Assembly (NCBI GenBank): GCA_043228905.1
Contig: JBHGNT010000015.1
Coordinates: forward strand, 10,416,001 to 10,480,000
DNA: 64,000 nt
Reading direction: 5' to 3'
Source: Azolla caroliniana
Lineage: Eukaryota > Plantae > Polypodiophyta
A program made the translations under genes and the position numbers. The notes beneath the pieces are model-generated. The model saw nothing but the letters and a program-made list of their open reading frames with translations, had not been told where the DNA came from and ran no database searches. Position 1 is the stretch's first letter. The number at the start of each line of letters is the position of its first letter. Shown here one piece after another: positions 1 to 12,554 of this stretch.

Positions 1-379
1 AGAGGCAATGACCTCTTCCTCTCTCTCTCACTCTCTGTACACTGTTACGTACTCTGGTCTCGCATAGACAAGAATAACAACAACAGCTAAAAGTTTGCCC
101 TAAGTCATATTTATACTAATATGACTTTTCGGCTATTTACAAATGTAGCCATGATGGACTCTCAGAAATGTATTTACGAATATGTCTCTTCATCCGGTTC
201 TCACCAGGTCTGCACCATCCGGCTCTCCGTAGCCGAGTACTCCTCATCCGGTTCTCACCGGGTCTGTACCATCCGGCTCTCCGTAGCCGGGTACTCCTCA
301 TCCGGTTTCGGCCTCGGCTGAGTTTGTTCATCGGCACTGTTCTTCTCCCTTCCCATCTGGAGGGACCTGTCTCCCAACA
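1..379 (-). mobile_element. Partial LTR, cut by the window edge
   Basis: The reverse complement starts TGTTGGGAGACAGGTCCCTCCAGATGGGA at 379. It has a TATAAATA (rc of 108-115) and a CT-rich tract. It is homologous to the LTR fragment starting at 12399. Confidence 0.6.
190..306. repeat. 54-bp tandem repeat (2 copies plus a partial) inside the LTR
   Basis: TCATCCGGTT recurs at 190, 244 and 298. Confidence 0.85.
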
Positions 380-918
380 GAAACTACATTGAGCATGAGC
401 TCTGCAGATCATCCTTAGTATGATGGACAAAGTGAACGCGTTAATCAAATTATTGAGAACATGCTTCAAGCTTATGTAGCAAAAACCCCTTGTAAGTGGG
501 AGCAATACTGTCCTACCTTAGAACTTGCCTATAATAGCTCTAAACATACATCCACTGAATATAGTCCTTTTATGTTGATGTATGGTTTTCAGCCACGTAC
601 CCTAGTTGATGTCACAATCCATTGTGATACATTAGAGAGTACATGCAATTTTTAGCAAGACATGAACCAAATGGTGCATATTGCCAAAGAAAATGTGAAG
701 ACAACTCAAGATCATGCTCGATTTTATGTTGATCAAGAAAGACGTCCTCATGCATTTACTATTGGTCAACAAGTTTTTTTGCGTGTCACTACTAATTCTA
801 CGTCAGTGTTTACGAGCAAGCGCACTAAGTTAGACCCATCATATTGTGGCCCATTTGAAATCCTTAAGCAAGTTGGGTCATCTGCTTATCACCTTGCCTT
901 ACCCCATAACATTGGTAT
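380..918 (+). pseudogene. Ty3/gypsy integrase C-terminal fragment
   Basis: ORFs 461-655 and 662-997 read DGQSERVNQIIENMLQAYV...ELAYNSSKHTSTEYSPF..YG and KLDPSYCGPFEILKQVGSSAYHLALP. They are broken by a stop. Confidence 0.85.
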
Positions 919-2541
919 TGTTGAAAATCGAACTCAACTTACCATAGAGACAGTGTTCACACTAGGCAGTGGACATCATACTAGGCTAGATTTGTAATTA
1001 GTAGAAAGGGCACTTGCCCTAGATGAGTTGGTTTTTAAAGCAACCTCTTGTAACCTAGTTACTTTGGGACGTAATATACAGTTTCTCTTCTAGAGCTCTC
1101 TCCCTCTCTCTCTATCATTCTCTTTCTTGTCTCACGTGTGTTGTGCTTAAGCTCGCAAAGAACTGACTGATCATTGTAGCAACGATTTTTGCACACCTCA
1201 CATCAAGAGTAAAAGAAGTTCAACAATGAACACCCTGAAGGGGAGCACTCTTCCCACCGAGAAGCTCGAAAAAACAAACTTCGCATCTTGGGAGTACAAG
1301 ATGCATCAATACCTTGTTGGACAAGGTTACTGGTGCTACATTGAGGGAGCTCATGAAACGCAACCCAACCCGACACACGTCGACTACCTAGCATGGGAGT
1401 AGGCTACGAGCCGTGTGTTGTATTGTGTTGTGTCATGCCATGCATTCATGACCACATGCTCGACTATATTCGAGATTCGAAAATGCCGAAAGAAGCTTGG
1501 GGAAATCTCAAGAAGATTTTTGTAGCCAATACGGCTGCATGAAAGCTCCAACTTCGACAAGAGCTAAACAACGTGCAATAGAGGGACATGTCAATAACCG
1601 GCTATACCTTGAAGATCAAGGAGTTGTGCGATACCCTCTATTCGATTAATGTCGTCATCAATAATGATGAAATGGTGCAAATATGCCTCGGCAGCTTGGC
1701 ACCTAGATTTGGCACGATCAGATCGGCCATTCTTGGGAGGGAGAACCCTCTCTCCTTTTTTGACTTTCAATCGATTCTGTTGGCTGAAGAAAATCATGTT
1801 CGACAAAGGAACAATGCACCTAATGGTCAGATGATCTACTCACAATCGGATGATAGAAGAGGATTCGACCGTGGAAATAGAGGTCGGTTCGGACGAGGCC
1901 GACACGGTTTGCCGACCCAAGAGTGTAACTGCCACCAATAGCAAGAGGACAGAAACAGTCCCAGAGAGTTCGGCAGAAGGGGGAGCCACCCCGCCGGACC
2001 GAGGAATCGTAACAACCCGATCGAATGCAGGTACTGTGGAAAACAATGCCATTATGAAGAGGAGTGCTAGAAAAATATACGAGACTCGACTTCGACTAGC
2101 CGACAACTGACAAACTACGCTTCGAATTCTGACTACGATGATCGTGGCAGGATGTTCGTAATGAGGCATGAAGCACACTTGATGTCGGCAGAGGCCCCGA
2201 CCAACACCTCTTCTTCAAATAGCATATGGTTTGTCGACTCGGGAGCATCCAATCACATGACGTCCCATGAAGATTGGTTCCAAGAATTTCGAAAGCCCGA
2301 TCAACCCGGCTATGTCAAAACTAGAGATGATATGACTCACCCAATTCGGCATGTCGGGAATGTTCCATTCGGAAATGACAACAAACAAACCTACCTCAAG
2401 AACATCTTGCATGTCCCAACCATCACCAAAAACTTGGTCTCGGTCGGTCAGATTGTCGAACAAGGTATGCAAGTATGATTTAACAATGAAGGGGGCTTCA
2501 TCGAAAAGGACGATCAAATTATAGTGCATGGTCGCCGAGAA
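919..2541 (+). mobile_element. Truncated Ty1/copia element (LTR ~919-1202, degenerate gag-protease)
   Basis: LTR starts TGTTG. Gag from 1226 reads MNTLKGSTLPTEKLEKTNFASWEYKMHQYLVGQGYW. It has a CCHC knuckle and protease WFVDSGASNHMT, with several stops. It ends abruptly against satellite sequence. Confidence 0.85.
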
Positions 2542-2689
2542 GGAGTTTGACTCCAAGAGCTTGAATTCGAATGTGCATAAAACCTCGCCTAGATAACAAA
2601 ATGTAAAAGAATACGTTGTGCGGAAGCGTGTGCGTAAACACAGAGTACATAGTTCGGAAATAAGACAGTTCGGTAAAACACAGAAAACG

Positions 2690-2725
2690 CGGAGATGGAG
2701 ATGGAGATGGAGATGGAGATGGAGA
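2690..2725. repeat. (GGAGAT)n microsatellite in the LTR
   Basis: Read directly from the sequence. Confidence 0.85.
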
Positions 2726-3399
2726 GAGCGAGAGTAGACAATAGAAAACTCAGATTCAAAAATAATCACTCTCTATTCTGTGTACATACTTCGTGCTCAG
2801 TAAGCACCTTATATACAAGCCCTGACAATTGGGTTGACACAAGTACTGACAATACTTGACACTCATAAATGAGCCGCGACACTCATTCCCAAAATTATTC
2901 CTTAAGAGGAATAACGCTCTAACAGCCTCTTTGGTTTTCACACCGATGCGGCCCTGTTGTGCGTACTTTTTCACGCACCCAGTCTACGTACTGGGTTACG
3001 CTGCGTACTTCGCACCGAATGTTGAGCTTGTCTCTCAACACTCCCCCTCAAGCTCAATTTGAGGTTCCACTTGCTCCGCCGAATCTACGCTGTGGTTCCT
3101 TCTAGCGTCACGCCTCGCTCGCACTCCTCGACCCATTCGATTCCGCGCGCTTCGACCCTTGCGGTCGGCTTGTCTGCTTGTTCGGCCCTTCTCAGCTCCC
3201 TTGTTGTCGCAGTGTCGGCGCGTCCTTCACTACCCTTTTCTTCGCATGGCCTTCAATTGATTCGGCGTATCTGAATCGAACATACCAATTGAATCGAACT
3301 CTTCCGATTCAATTTCACTCTCATCCGAGTTGGCTGTCTCCAATTCCTCCTCAATCTTCAAGCCTTTGACTACATCAGACCACGTCTTGGTCTTGGCCT

Positions 3400-6300
3400 T
3401 TATGCTTTTTTTCTTGTATCTCCCCCTGATTTGGCTATCCTCTGCTCTTCCCTATGATTGTGGCCCTTGCTTTCTTCTTCGGCTTCTTTAGCCGGTCCGA
3501 AATCGAATTCTTCATCCGATTCCTCATCACTATCACTTCCGCCGTGATGAACACCTTCGCTCCTTTCACGCTCTTGTTCCTGTTCTTCTTCCTTTCTCCC
3601 CCTCAAGTTCGGCATGTCGAGGTGACGCAACCCTAGCTCACCCGAGAAATGCCGTAACTTGTCGAGACCAAGAGGCTTGGTGAAGATGTCGGCAACCTGC
3701 CGATTCATCGGAATAGTTCGACTTCACCTGAAAGGATCTACTCGCAGACAAAATGGTAATGCACCTCAATGTGCTTGGTCCGGGCGTGGAAAACAGGGTT
3801 CTTCACAAGGTGGATACTGCTGAGGTTGCCACAAAAGATCGTCGTCAGATCAGACACCTCTACTTGCAAATCCCGTAATAGCCGTTTCAGCCAAATGACT
3901 TCACACATAGCGACAATCGCCCCTCGATATTCGGCCTCCATGCTCGACAATGCCAGTGTCGACTGCTTTTTTGCTGCTCCACGCGATCGCCGCACTTCCT
4001 AACGAGAAGGCATATCCGGATGTGGATCTACGATCACTGGCGTTTCCGGCCCAATCGGCATCCGTGTAACCGACCAACTGTTCGGCTACGCCTGCCCGTT
4101 ACAGCAATGCCATACCTTTCGTGCCGCTGACATAACGCCTTTCCCGAATCTCAGCGAAGCTTTACGTTTCCCGTCCAGAGGGGTCGACATGGGCTTACAG
4201 TTTGCCATCCCGAACTTGAAGAGCATATTCAGCGCGTAATGACGTTGACTGATCAATATGCCTTTGGGGGTGCGGATCACTTCGATCCCGAGGAAGTAAT
4301 GAAGGTCTCCGAGATCCTTCATTTCGAATGATGCCGCGAGTTGAGACTATATGCGACGGATTTCTTCCAGGTCGGCACCAACGATGACTAAATCATCAAC
4401 ATATAATAGGAGACTAACCGGGCCATGTTGACCTTGCCGAACAAATAGAGAAGAGTCTGATTTCGATGTTGCAAAGCCTATCCTACGCAACTGTTGCATA
4501 ATCTTCGTGTTCCAAGCTCGCGAGGCTTGCTTAAGTCTGTACAGTGACTTCTTCAGTCGGCAAACTGCTGAGGTGTTTCCTTCGGATAGAAATCCGGGGG
4601 GTTGTACCATGTACACCTGTTCCTCAAGATCACCTTACAGGAACATGTACTTTACATCCATTTGATGTAAGTGCCACCCCTTTGCCGCTGCTACGACTAG
4701 CAGGACTCGCACGGTAGTCATCTTCGCGACAGGTGCGAAGGTCTCTTCATAGTCCATGTCGTGCTTCTGTGTGTAGCCTTTCGCTACTAACCTGGCCTTG
4801 TATCGGTTGACAGAGCCGTTGGTGTTGTACTTGACCTTGTACACCCACCTACATCCAATCGGCTTCACACCCTTCGGTGCGTCAACTAGGTCCCAGGTTT
4901 CATTCTCCAATAATGCATGCATTTCTTCCTCCATTGCGGCACGCCAATTTGCATCTTTTGCCACTTCTACATAGCTCTCCGGCTCATGCACTTCCGCCAC
5001 TCGCGTCATGTACACATAGTGGAGCGCCATGTACTCATTATACCCGTATCTCTTTACGGGGTTCTTAAGGCGGGTAGATCTGCGTAATTCGTGATTACCC
5101 AATTTAACGACCTTCTCGGCTACTGTCGACCTCTTCCGTAGAGGTTCTTTTTCAGTTTGCCCGTAGTCAGACTCACTCCGATCTGACTCGGCGCTGCCGA
5201 AGTCGTATTCCGGCATTTTCTTCTTGCCTTTTTCCTTGTGCATAAGCCATCTCCTCGGCTTCCAGCGCGGGAAATGCACGACCGAGGCTCCACTACTCGC
5301 CGTCTCATCATCTGGTTGGCCATCTCGGCCCAACCCCTCATTCAGCCCACTTAGTCGAAATGAGATCGAACTCTCTCAGAGCTCCGACGTCCTCATCCTG
5401 CGGAGGCATTTCAGCCTTGCTGATTTCTTCTTCAGAAATAGGAATGGAGTCATGAGGTTCTGGTGGAGAAGGCAAGTACCACGAAGCGGACTTGTCAAAT
5501 GCAACATCCCGGCTTACGCCTACTTACTTTGTTTGAGGTTATAGCAACTTATACCCCTTTTGCTTGTCTGGATAGCCAACCAAGATACATTTCTCGGCCT
5601 TGGCATCTAACTTCCTCCTCTTCTCCTTTCCGAAATATAGCTCATGTGGAGACACTCCTCCATTAGCAGAAGTCTGATTCTGCAAGTAGACAACTGTCTT
5701 CACGGCTTCGGCCCAATAGAATTTCGGCATATGCTTCTCTTCAAGAATTGCCCTGGTTGCTTCTTTGATCGTCTAATTCTTCCACTCGGCTACGCCGTTC
5801 TGCTCCAGCGTATATCTACACAAGAATTCGCGTCAAATTCCCTCCTTCTGTAGATAACTTGTGAACTGGTCGGAGAAGTACTCCTTCCCGCCATCGGACC
5901 GTAGGCATTTGATCTTACGCCCTGTTTCCCTTTCCGCAAGGCTCTTAACCTTCAGGAAACATGTGAAGACTTTGCTCTTCTTCGCGATCGTGCATACCCA
6001 CGTTTGCCGAGTGAAGTCGTCGATGAAGGTTACAAAGTAACGGTTGCCATCGAGACTCACATTCTGTGCCGGACCCCAGACATCCAAATGGATAAAATCC
6101 AGCGGACTTCGACTACGATTACGCTCATTGGGGAATGGAAGTCGTTGTTGTTTTCCCATCTGACAGGCTTCACAGACTTGACCACTCCGGCCACGAAATT
6201 TCGGCAACCTGAAAACAATGTTTTTTGTTTGCATTTCACAAAGCCGTGGGAAATTTCCATGGCCGAACCGCTTGTGCCACAGGTCGATATCCAATTCAAC

Positions 6301-7674
6301 CTTTTGTCCTTTCGCGTACAACGCGATTCCGGCTTGATTAGTGTTGAGGATAAACATCCTCCCTTCATGGCGCCCTTGCGTGATTACTTTGCCTTCCTCT
6401 TCTATGAAGTAGCCGAGATGCGTGAATCGAACCTGCATTCCCTGGTCGACGATCTGGCCAACTGACACAAGTTTCCTCGTTATTGTCGGGACGTGCAACA
6501 CGTTCATGAGTTTCCCTTTCTGCCCGACGTGGCTAAAAGGAACTTCACCGACATGTTCGATGGTATGCGGAGGGACATCTCCCGTTTCGACCACTCCTTG
6601 TGATTCTGGTTTCTCCAAGTATGAGAACCATTCCTTGTGACTCGTCATATGATTTGACGCTCCGGTATCAACATACCACACCTCGCTTGATTTCGAGGTG
6701 TTCATGGCCATAGAATTGGCCTTATGCTTCATTACGAAGGTTGGGCCCGATTTGTTTCTGGCTCATTCAGAGGCTTCTGCATAGTGCGATCTCTGACGCC
6801 TCTCTGCATCTCTTCGGCTCGATCCGGCTTTGTCCAAATCGGCTCGCTTTTTCCAGCACTCGCTCTCCTTGTGGCCTTTCTTGCCACAGTACCAGCAATC
6901 CAGCGCGGTCTTCTCTTGCCGTCTTTCGGCGCCGCCATGACTCCCCCTGCTTGCGGAGGGTTTAGAATTGCTTCTGGCATCTCTATTATGCCGTACATTT
7001 TTCTCTTTTCGGCCGCCTCCATTGCACGCCGATTTGCCTTGTCCACCACGACCATGGGGCATATCATCCTCCGTGTAAAGCATCTTGCCATCGACGTGCG
7101 CACTCTTCGACGCACTTGCGTGGTTTTCTTCTACGAGCAAATTTGACTGAAGCTCGAAAAACAAAGGCATAATCTCCCTCATGCAGACTGTCGTTTAGAA
7201 AGGTCCAAACTTTGATGCCAAGCCACCAAGACAAACCTGCACCATTTCATCTTCCTCGACGTTCACGTTGACGGAGGCAAGAGAGTCGCAGATTTCTTTG
7301 ATCTTGGTGGTGTAATCAGCCACCGACATATCTCTTTGTCGTACATTGCTGAGCTCCTGTCTAAGTTGCAGCTTCTTGGCCGTTGTGCTAGCAGCAAAAA
7401 TCCTTTTGCGATTCGCCCACGCGTCCTTCGGCGTCTTGGCATCCCGAATATAGCTCAAAAGCTGATCGCTCACAAAGGACGCGAAGCAGTACAACACTCT
7501 GCTTGCCGCTTATTCCCAAGCCGGATAGTCCCTGTGTGTCGAGTCGGGTGCCACATCGTTTGCTCCTTCGACATAACTCCAATAGCCATGGCCGAGCAGG
7601 TACTGTTGCATCTTGTAAGACCAAGATGGATAGTTGCTTCTGTTAAGCTTTTCAGTCCGAAGTGAGCTTCCCAT
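3400..7674 (-). pseudogene. Copia gag-PR-IN-RT-RNase H polyprotein, fragmented
   Basis: DCWYCGKKGHKESEC knuckle, WYVDTGASNHMT, LWHKRFGH, IDDFTR/LRSDGGKEY, YKARLVAKG, LYVDDL, HARTKHIEVHYHF, QVADIFTKPL. Many stops and frameshifts. Confidence 0.92.
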
Positions 7675-8458
7675 TCCTCTGTTTTGTCACAAACTTTTCT
7701 TGCCGGCTGCAGAGGACTTCAACCCTCGCGTTCTGGTACCATGTAAAAGAATACGTTGTGCGGAAGCGTGTGCGTAAACGAAGAGTACATAGTTCGGAAA
7801 TAAGACAATAATGAGCTTGTCTCTCTACACAAAAGTAATGAGCTTTAGTGATGAAGATTTAGAACTTGGTACTTTCAACCTATGAACCTGAATGCACTGG
7901 ATTTTGACAGAAGAATTTGAGAATTCATGGTCTTCCTCCGGCTACATAGGGCTTTATCCGTCCAACAGTTACCTAACTTGGAATAAACTTCGTCTTGTGA
8001 GTAATGTTTTGAATCCAAAAGCTTGAGTTCGAATCTCAATAGGACCTTGAATGCATATCATCAGAAATAAAGTTTTATACATTGGAATTTGATTCCATGA
8101 GCTTGAGTTCGAATGTACATAAATCTCGACTGGAGATCAAAAGTAATGAGCTTTAATGATGAAAATTTTAGAACTTGGTACTTTCAACCTATGAACTTGA
8201 GTGCATTGGATTTTGAAAGAAGAATTTGAGAAGTAATGGTTTCCTTCGAGCTAGATAGTGCTTTATCCTTCCAACACTTAGATAACTTGGAATAAACTTC
8301 ATCTTACGATTAAAGTTTTAATCAAATCATGTTGCACATCCCTTTGAGATTCCATCCGAGACTACATTTATATATCATTAACATATTGTTATTTTAACCC
8401 AACTGGATTAGATATCTACAAAACACACAATAATGCTAGAATGCTCAACGTCTATGGA

Positions 8459-8530
8459 GGTTCTATAGTTTAGTGGTTAGGACATTGAACTTTGAATCCA
8501 AGAGCTTGAGTTTGAATCTCAATAGGACCT
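8459..8530 (+). pseudogene. tRNA-Gln(TTG) pseudogene
   Basis: Same sequence, but the T-loop is TTTGAAT (B-box C lost) and the anticodon stem has a mismatch. Confidence 0.8.
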
Positions 8531-8931
8531 GGAATGCATATCATTAGAAATGAAGTCCTATACATTGGAATTTGACTCCAAGAGCTTGAGTTTGAATTTA
8601 GATAAAACCTCGACTGCATATTAAGAGTAATGAGCTTTAATGATGAAGACTTTAGAACTTGGTACTTTCAACCTAAGAATTTCAATGACTTGGATTTCGA
8701 AAGAAGTGTTTGACAATTAATGCTCTTCCGTTGTCCATATAACACTTTATCTGGCCAACACTTGCCTAATTTGAAATAAACTTCGTCTTGTAAGTAAAGT
8801 TTTAATCAAATCATGTTGCACATCCCTTTGAGACTACATTTATGTATCGATAACATATTCTTATTTTAAGCCAACCGTATCATGATATGTACAAGACACA
8901 AAATAATGTTGGAACAATCAACATTTATAAA

Positions 8932-9003
8932 GGTTCTATAGTCTAGTGGTTAGGACATTGGACTTTGAATCCAAGAGCTTGAGTTCGAATCTCAATAGGA
9001 CCT
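8932..9003 (+). tRNA. trnQ-TTG: tRNA-Gln(TTG), structurally intact copy
   Basis: 72 nt. Acceptor stem GGTTCTA/TAGGACC, D arm GTCT/GGAC, anticodon arm TTGGA-CTTTGAA-TCCAA, T arm TTGAG-TTCGAAT-CTCAA. Confidence 0.75.
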
Positions 9004-9421
9004 TGAATGCATGTCATGAGAAATGAAGTCCTAGATATTGGAATTTGACTCCAAGAGCTTATTTTGAGTTCCAATGTATATAAAACCTCGACTGGATATC
9101 AAAAGTAAAGAGCTTGAATGATAAAAAATTTAGAACTTGGTACTTTGAACCTATAAACTTGAATGCGTTGGATTTTTAAAGAATAGTTTGAGAATTCATG
9201 GTCTTCTTCCGGCTACATAGCGTTTTATCCGTCCAACACTTACGTAACTTGGAATAAACTTCATCTTGTGAGTAAAGTTTTAATCAAATCATGTTGCACA
9301 TCCCTTTGAGATTCCATCCGAGACTACATTTATATATCATTAACATATGGTGATTTTAACCCAACCGGATTATGGTATCTACAAAACACATAATAATGTT
9401 GGAATAGTTAACGTTTATGGA

Positions 9422-9493
9422 GGTTCTATAGTCTAGTGGTTTAGACATTGGACTTTGAAGCCAATAGCTTGAGTTCGAATCTCAATAGGAGCT
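9422..9493 (+). pseudogene. tRNA-Gln(TTG) degenerate copy
   Basis: Same sequence with acceptor-stem and anticodon-stem mismatches. Confidence 0.75.
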
Positions 9494-9510
9494 TGAATGC
9501 ATATCATGAG

Positions 9511-12081
9511 TGTTCAGAGATCACTTAGTTTAGTTATTTAGTCAACCATGTAACTTTGTAGTTACCTAGATAGAATCTAGTTAGGAGTGTTGACCATAAC
9601 GACTTAAATAGGACCATGTACTTAAGTAGAATATTCTAGATCCTCCACTCCTAAGTACATTTAATATAGCTCTTACACCTTAGTACCTATATTTTCTACT
9701 TACTAATGTGCACATTTGCACATGACATGTATATATACCTCATTGTTGGTATTTTTGTATTTGATGATGATGTTGATGCTAATTTAATAGAGAGTTAATC
9801 ATTCCCCATCTTGTGTTGTTCATAAGTGTATCTTCCTCTCTCTCTTCCTCTCACATATCACATAATCTTCCGTGGTTAACTTAATCAAATAATTAGGTAC
9901 TAATTAACCATTTCTTAACATGGTATGAGAGCGTGTGGTTTAGAAAATCCACTAAGCCCACCCAACTTCGTGATTGTGTGTTCAAGATGCCGACGACAAA
10001 ATCCGGCTATTGGCTACCGTAGTGCCGCTATGTAGCACGTGTACGTGACTGAAGGAAGGAAAGTAAAAATGGAAGACATGACAATCAACATGAACACACA
10101 AATGGGAAGCTCGCTCCCTAGTGAAAAGCTAGACCGGTGTAATTATTCATCTTGGGAGTACAAGATGAACCAATACCTTATCGGCCAAGGGTATTGGAGC
10201 TACATCAACGACGCTCAAGAAAATCAACCGGACCCAAAGAACGCCGACTACTCAACATGCGAGCAAGAGGCTAGTCGAGTCATGTACTGCTTAGCAACAT
10301 GCTTAGCCACATTCGAGACGCCAAGACGCATAAGAAGTGTTGGCGAACTTAAAGAAAACTTTCACTACGAACACGACCGCCCGAAAGCTTCAACTCTGAC
10401 AAGAGTTGAACAACATTCGGCAAAAAGATATGTCTGTGTTGGACTACACCGCCAAGCGCATTTGTGACTCTCTTGGCTCCACAACATAATCGTTGATGAA
10501 GACGAGATGGTTCAAGTATGCTTGGGCGGCCTCGCACAACGATTCGACTCGTTGAGGATGGCAATCTTGCTGAGGGAAAACCTTCCTTCGTTCTTCGACT
10601 TCCAATCAATGCTAATGGTCAAAGAGAACCACGTTCAAACAAAAACCAAGACATTGGAAGGAAAAATGTTCTTCTTGAATTCGGATGGTGGCCGAGGACG
10701 GGGTCACAACAGTAAAAGAAGCCAATTCGGCCCATCACACGAAGGTAATTCAAAGCTTCAGGGAAGCCATCAAGGAACCTTCGGAAGAAGGAGGAGCTTC
10801 CATGCCGAACAAAATCGGCCACGGCGAGGAGGAGTGCCGAAAAAGAAGAAGCGAGTCAGCTTCGACAAGTCGACAACTCACAAATTACGCCACCAACTCC
10901 GAATACGACGACTATGGCGGACTATTCGTAATGAGGCATAAAGCGAACTCTATGTCGGCCTCCGGCTTCGCAAGCAGCAAGAACAATTGCATCAAGAATA
11001 TCATGCATGTGCCCACAATAACAAAGTATTTGGTCTCAGTCGGCTAAATCGTGGAGCAAGGCATGCAAGTCCACTTCAATAGCGAAGGTTGTTTCATCGA
11101 GAAAGATGGTCGACTCATAGCCAAGGGACGGAGAGACGGTCGAATGTTCATCCTCGATTCGAACAAGGTGAAATTGGCAATGTATGCTAAAGGTCTCAAA
11201 ACCAAGACAAGCATCGAGTTGTGGCACAAACAAATCGGCCACATAAACCTCCAACGGCTTCAAGCAATGCAATCAAAGGGAGTCGTCATCGGACTTCCGA
11301 CATTCTAGTCGAACTGAGTTGATCGAGTATGCAAAGCATGCCAACTCAACAAACAACATCGACTCCCATTCCCGAAGGAGAGCTATGCAAGCAAAGACCT
11401 CGACATCATACACTCGGATGTATGGGGACTGGCTCAAACGCCGATGATCGGCAACTGCCGATTCTACGTCACCTTCATTGATGACTACTCGCACTACGCG
11501 TGGATCTTCCCGATGAAGAAGAAGAGCGAAGTGTTCTCCCACTTCCAAAAGCTCAACGGCCAAGTCGAAAAAGAAACCGGTCGGCACATTTGATACCTAC
11601 AATCGGATGGAGGCAAGGAGTACTTCTCCAATGAATTCACCTCCTACCTCCAAAGTGAAGGAATTCGGAGAGAATTCTCATGCCTATACACACCCCAAAA
11701 AAATGGAGTTGCCAAAAGGAAGAATCAGCAAATACTCGAGGTAGCACGCGCCATGATGCATGAGAAGCACATGTTGAATTTCTATTGGGCCGAAGCAACA
11801 TCCATGGCCATCTATCTCAAGTACCAGTGCACCACTAATGAAGTGCATGAGCTAACTCCATACGAGCTCCTCGTTAGAAGGAAGTCGATCCTGTCGCACC
11901 TAAAGGTGTTCGGAAGCATTATGAATGTACACATCCCGAACAAACAACGATAGAAGCCCGACGCGACGTCAGAGGAATATATCCTTATAGGATACTCGTC
12001 CGAGAAGAAGGCCTACAAGTGCTACAACCCTTCTACCCGAGCGGTTTGGGTAAGTTGAGACGTAGTCATCGATGAGTGCGT
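9511..12081 (+). mobile_element. 3'-truncated Ty1/copia (LTR 9511-9920, PBS 9921-9932, decayed gag-IN)
   Basis: TG..CA LTR homologous to the reverse complement of 30357-30825. PBS TGGTATGAGAGC. Gag MNTQMGSSLPSEKLDR, LWHKQIGH and integrase remnants, with many stops. Confidence 0.9.
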
Positions 12082-12366
12082 TGTCGTGAGGATTTTCGGC
12101 CATGGTGAGAATACCAAGTGGGATGGATAAAATGGGGATGTGCAACATTGCACATGTACTTGGAAGATTTGCAAAAGAAACAAATGTAAGAAAGGAAGGG
12201 TAAACGTAAGGTGTTAAATGCACACTACGAAGATTCATAAAGTGTAAATGTGATGTGCACTTATGTGCACATGCACATGTAGACTAAAGGGAGAGTACAT
12301 GAAGTACGGGTGTCGTGAGTAGTGGGCATAGTGTGTGTGTGAGGAGAGGGAGTTAAGCCTCCATCA
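12082..12366 (-). mobile_element. Probable LTR with adjacent PPT
   Basis: A TG..TCA segment interrupts the copia integrase and is followed by ATCTCTCCTTC (rc GAAGGAGAGAT). Confidence 0.45.
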
Positions 12367-12398
12367 ATCTCTCCTTCTAAGATCAAGGCCAAATATTC

Positions 12399-12553
12399 TG
12401 TTGGGAAATCGGTCCCTCCGGATGGGATCTGGTTATGAATGAAAAGATCCAAAAACTGGATCGGATGGACCCGGTGAGAACCAGAAGTGAAGACATATTT
12501 GTAAATATGTTTTGAGTAAGCCTATTGAGGCTATATTTGTAAATAGCCCTAGG
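12399..12553 (+). mobile_element. LTR fragment related to 1-379
   Basis: Starts TGTTGGGAAATCGGTCCCTCCGGATGGGA and shares GGCTATTTACAAAT..AGCC and AATATGTCT motifs (as reverse complements) with 1-379. Confidence 0.6.
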
Positions 12554-12554
12554 G

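Larger units (their letters stand above)
2602..7829 (-). mobile_element. Ty1/copia element, full extent but decayed, inserted into the tRNA-derived satellite
   Basis: 3' LTR 2602-3040 (TG..CA) and internally deleted 5' LTR 7742-7829. TSD CAAAA at 2597-2601 and 7830-7834. Met-type PBS next to 7741 and PPT at 3041-3052. Confidence 0.93.
7830..9510 (+). repeat. Tandem repeat of ~470-490-bp monomers containing tRNA-Gln copies (also 2542-2601)
   Basis: tRNA copies start at 8459, 8932 and 9422 (periods 473 and 490). Flanking blocks such as TTTAGAACTTGGTACTTT and AATCAAATCATGTTGCACATCCCTTTGAGA recur in the monomers. Confidence 0.92.

Noticed and set aside
7830-9510. Independent SINE insertions
   Set aside because: Copies are head-to-tail with shared flanks, and no individual TSDs or A-tails were seen.
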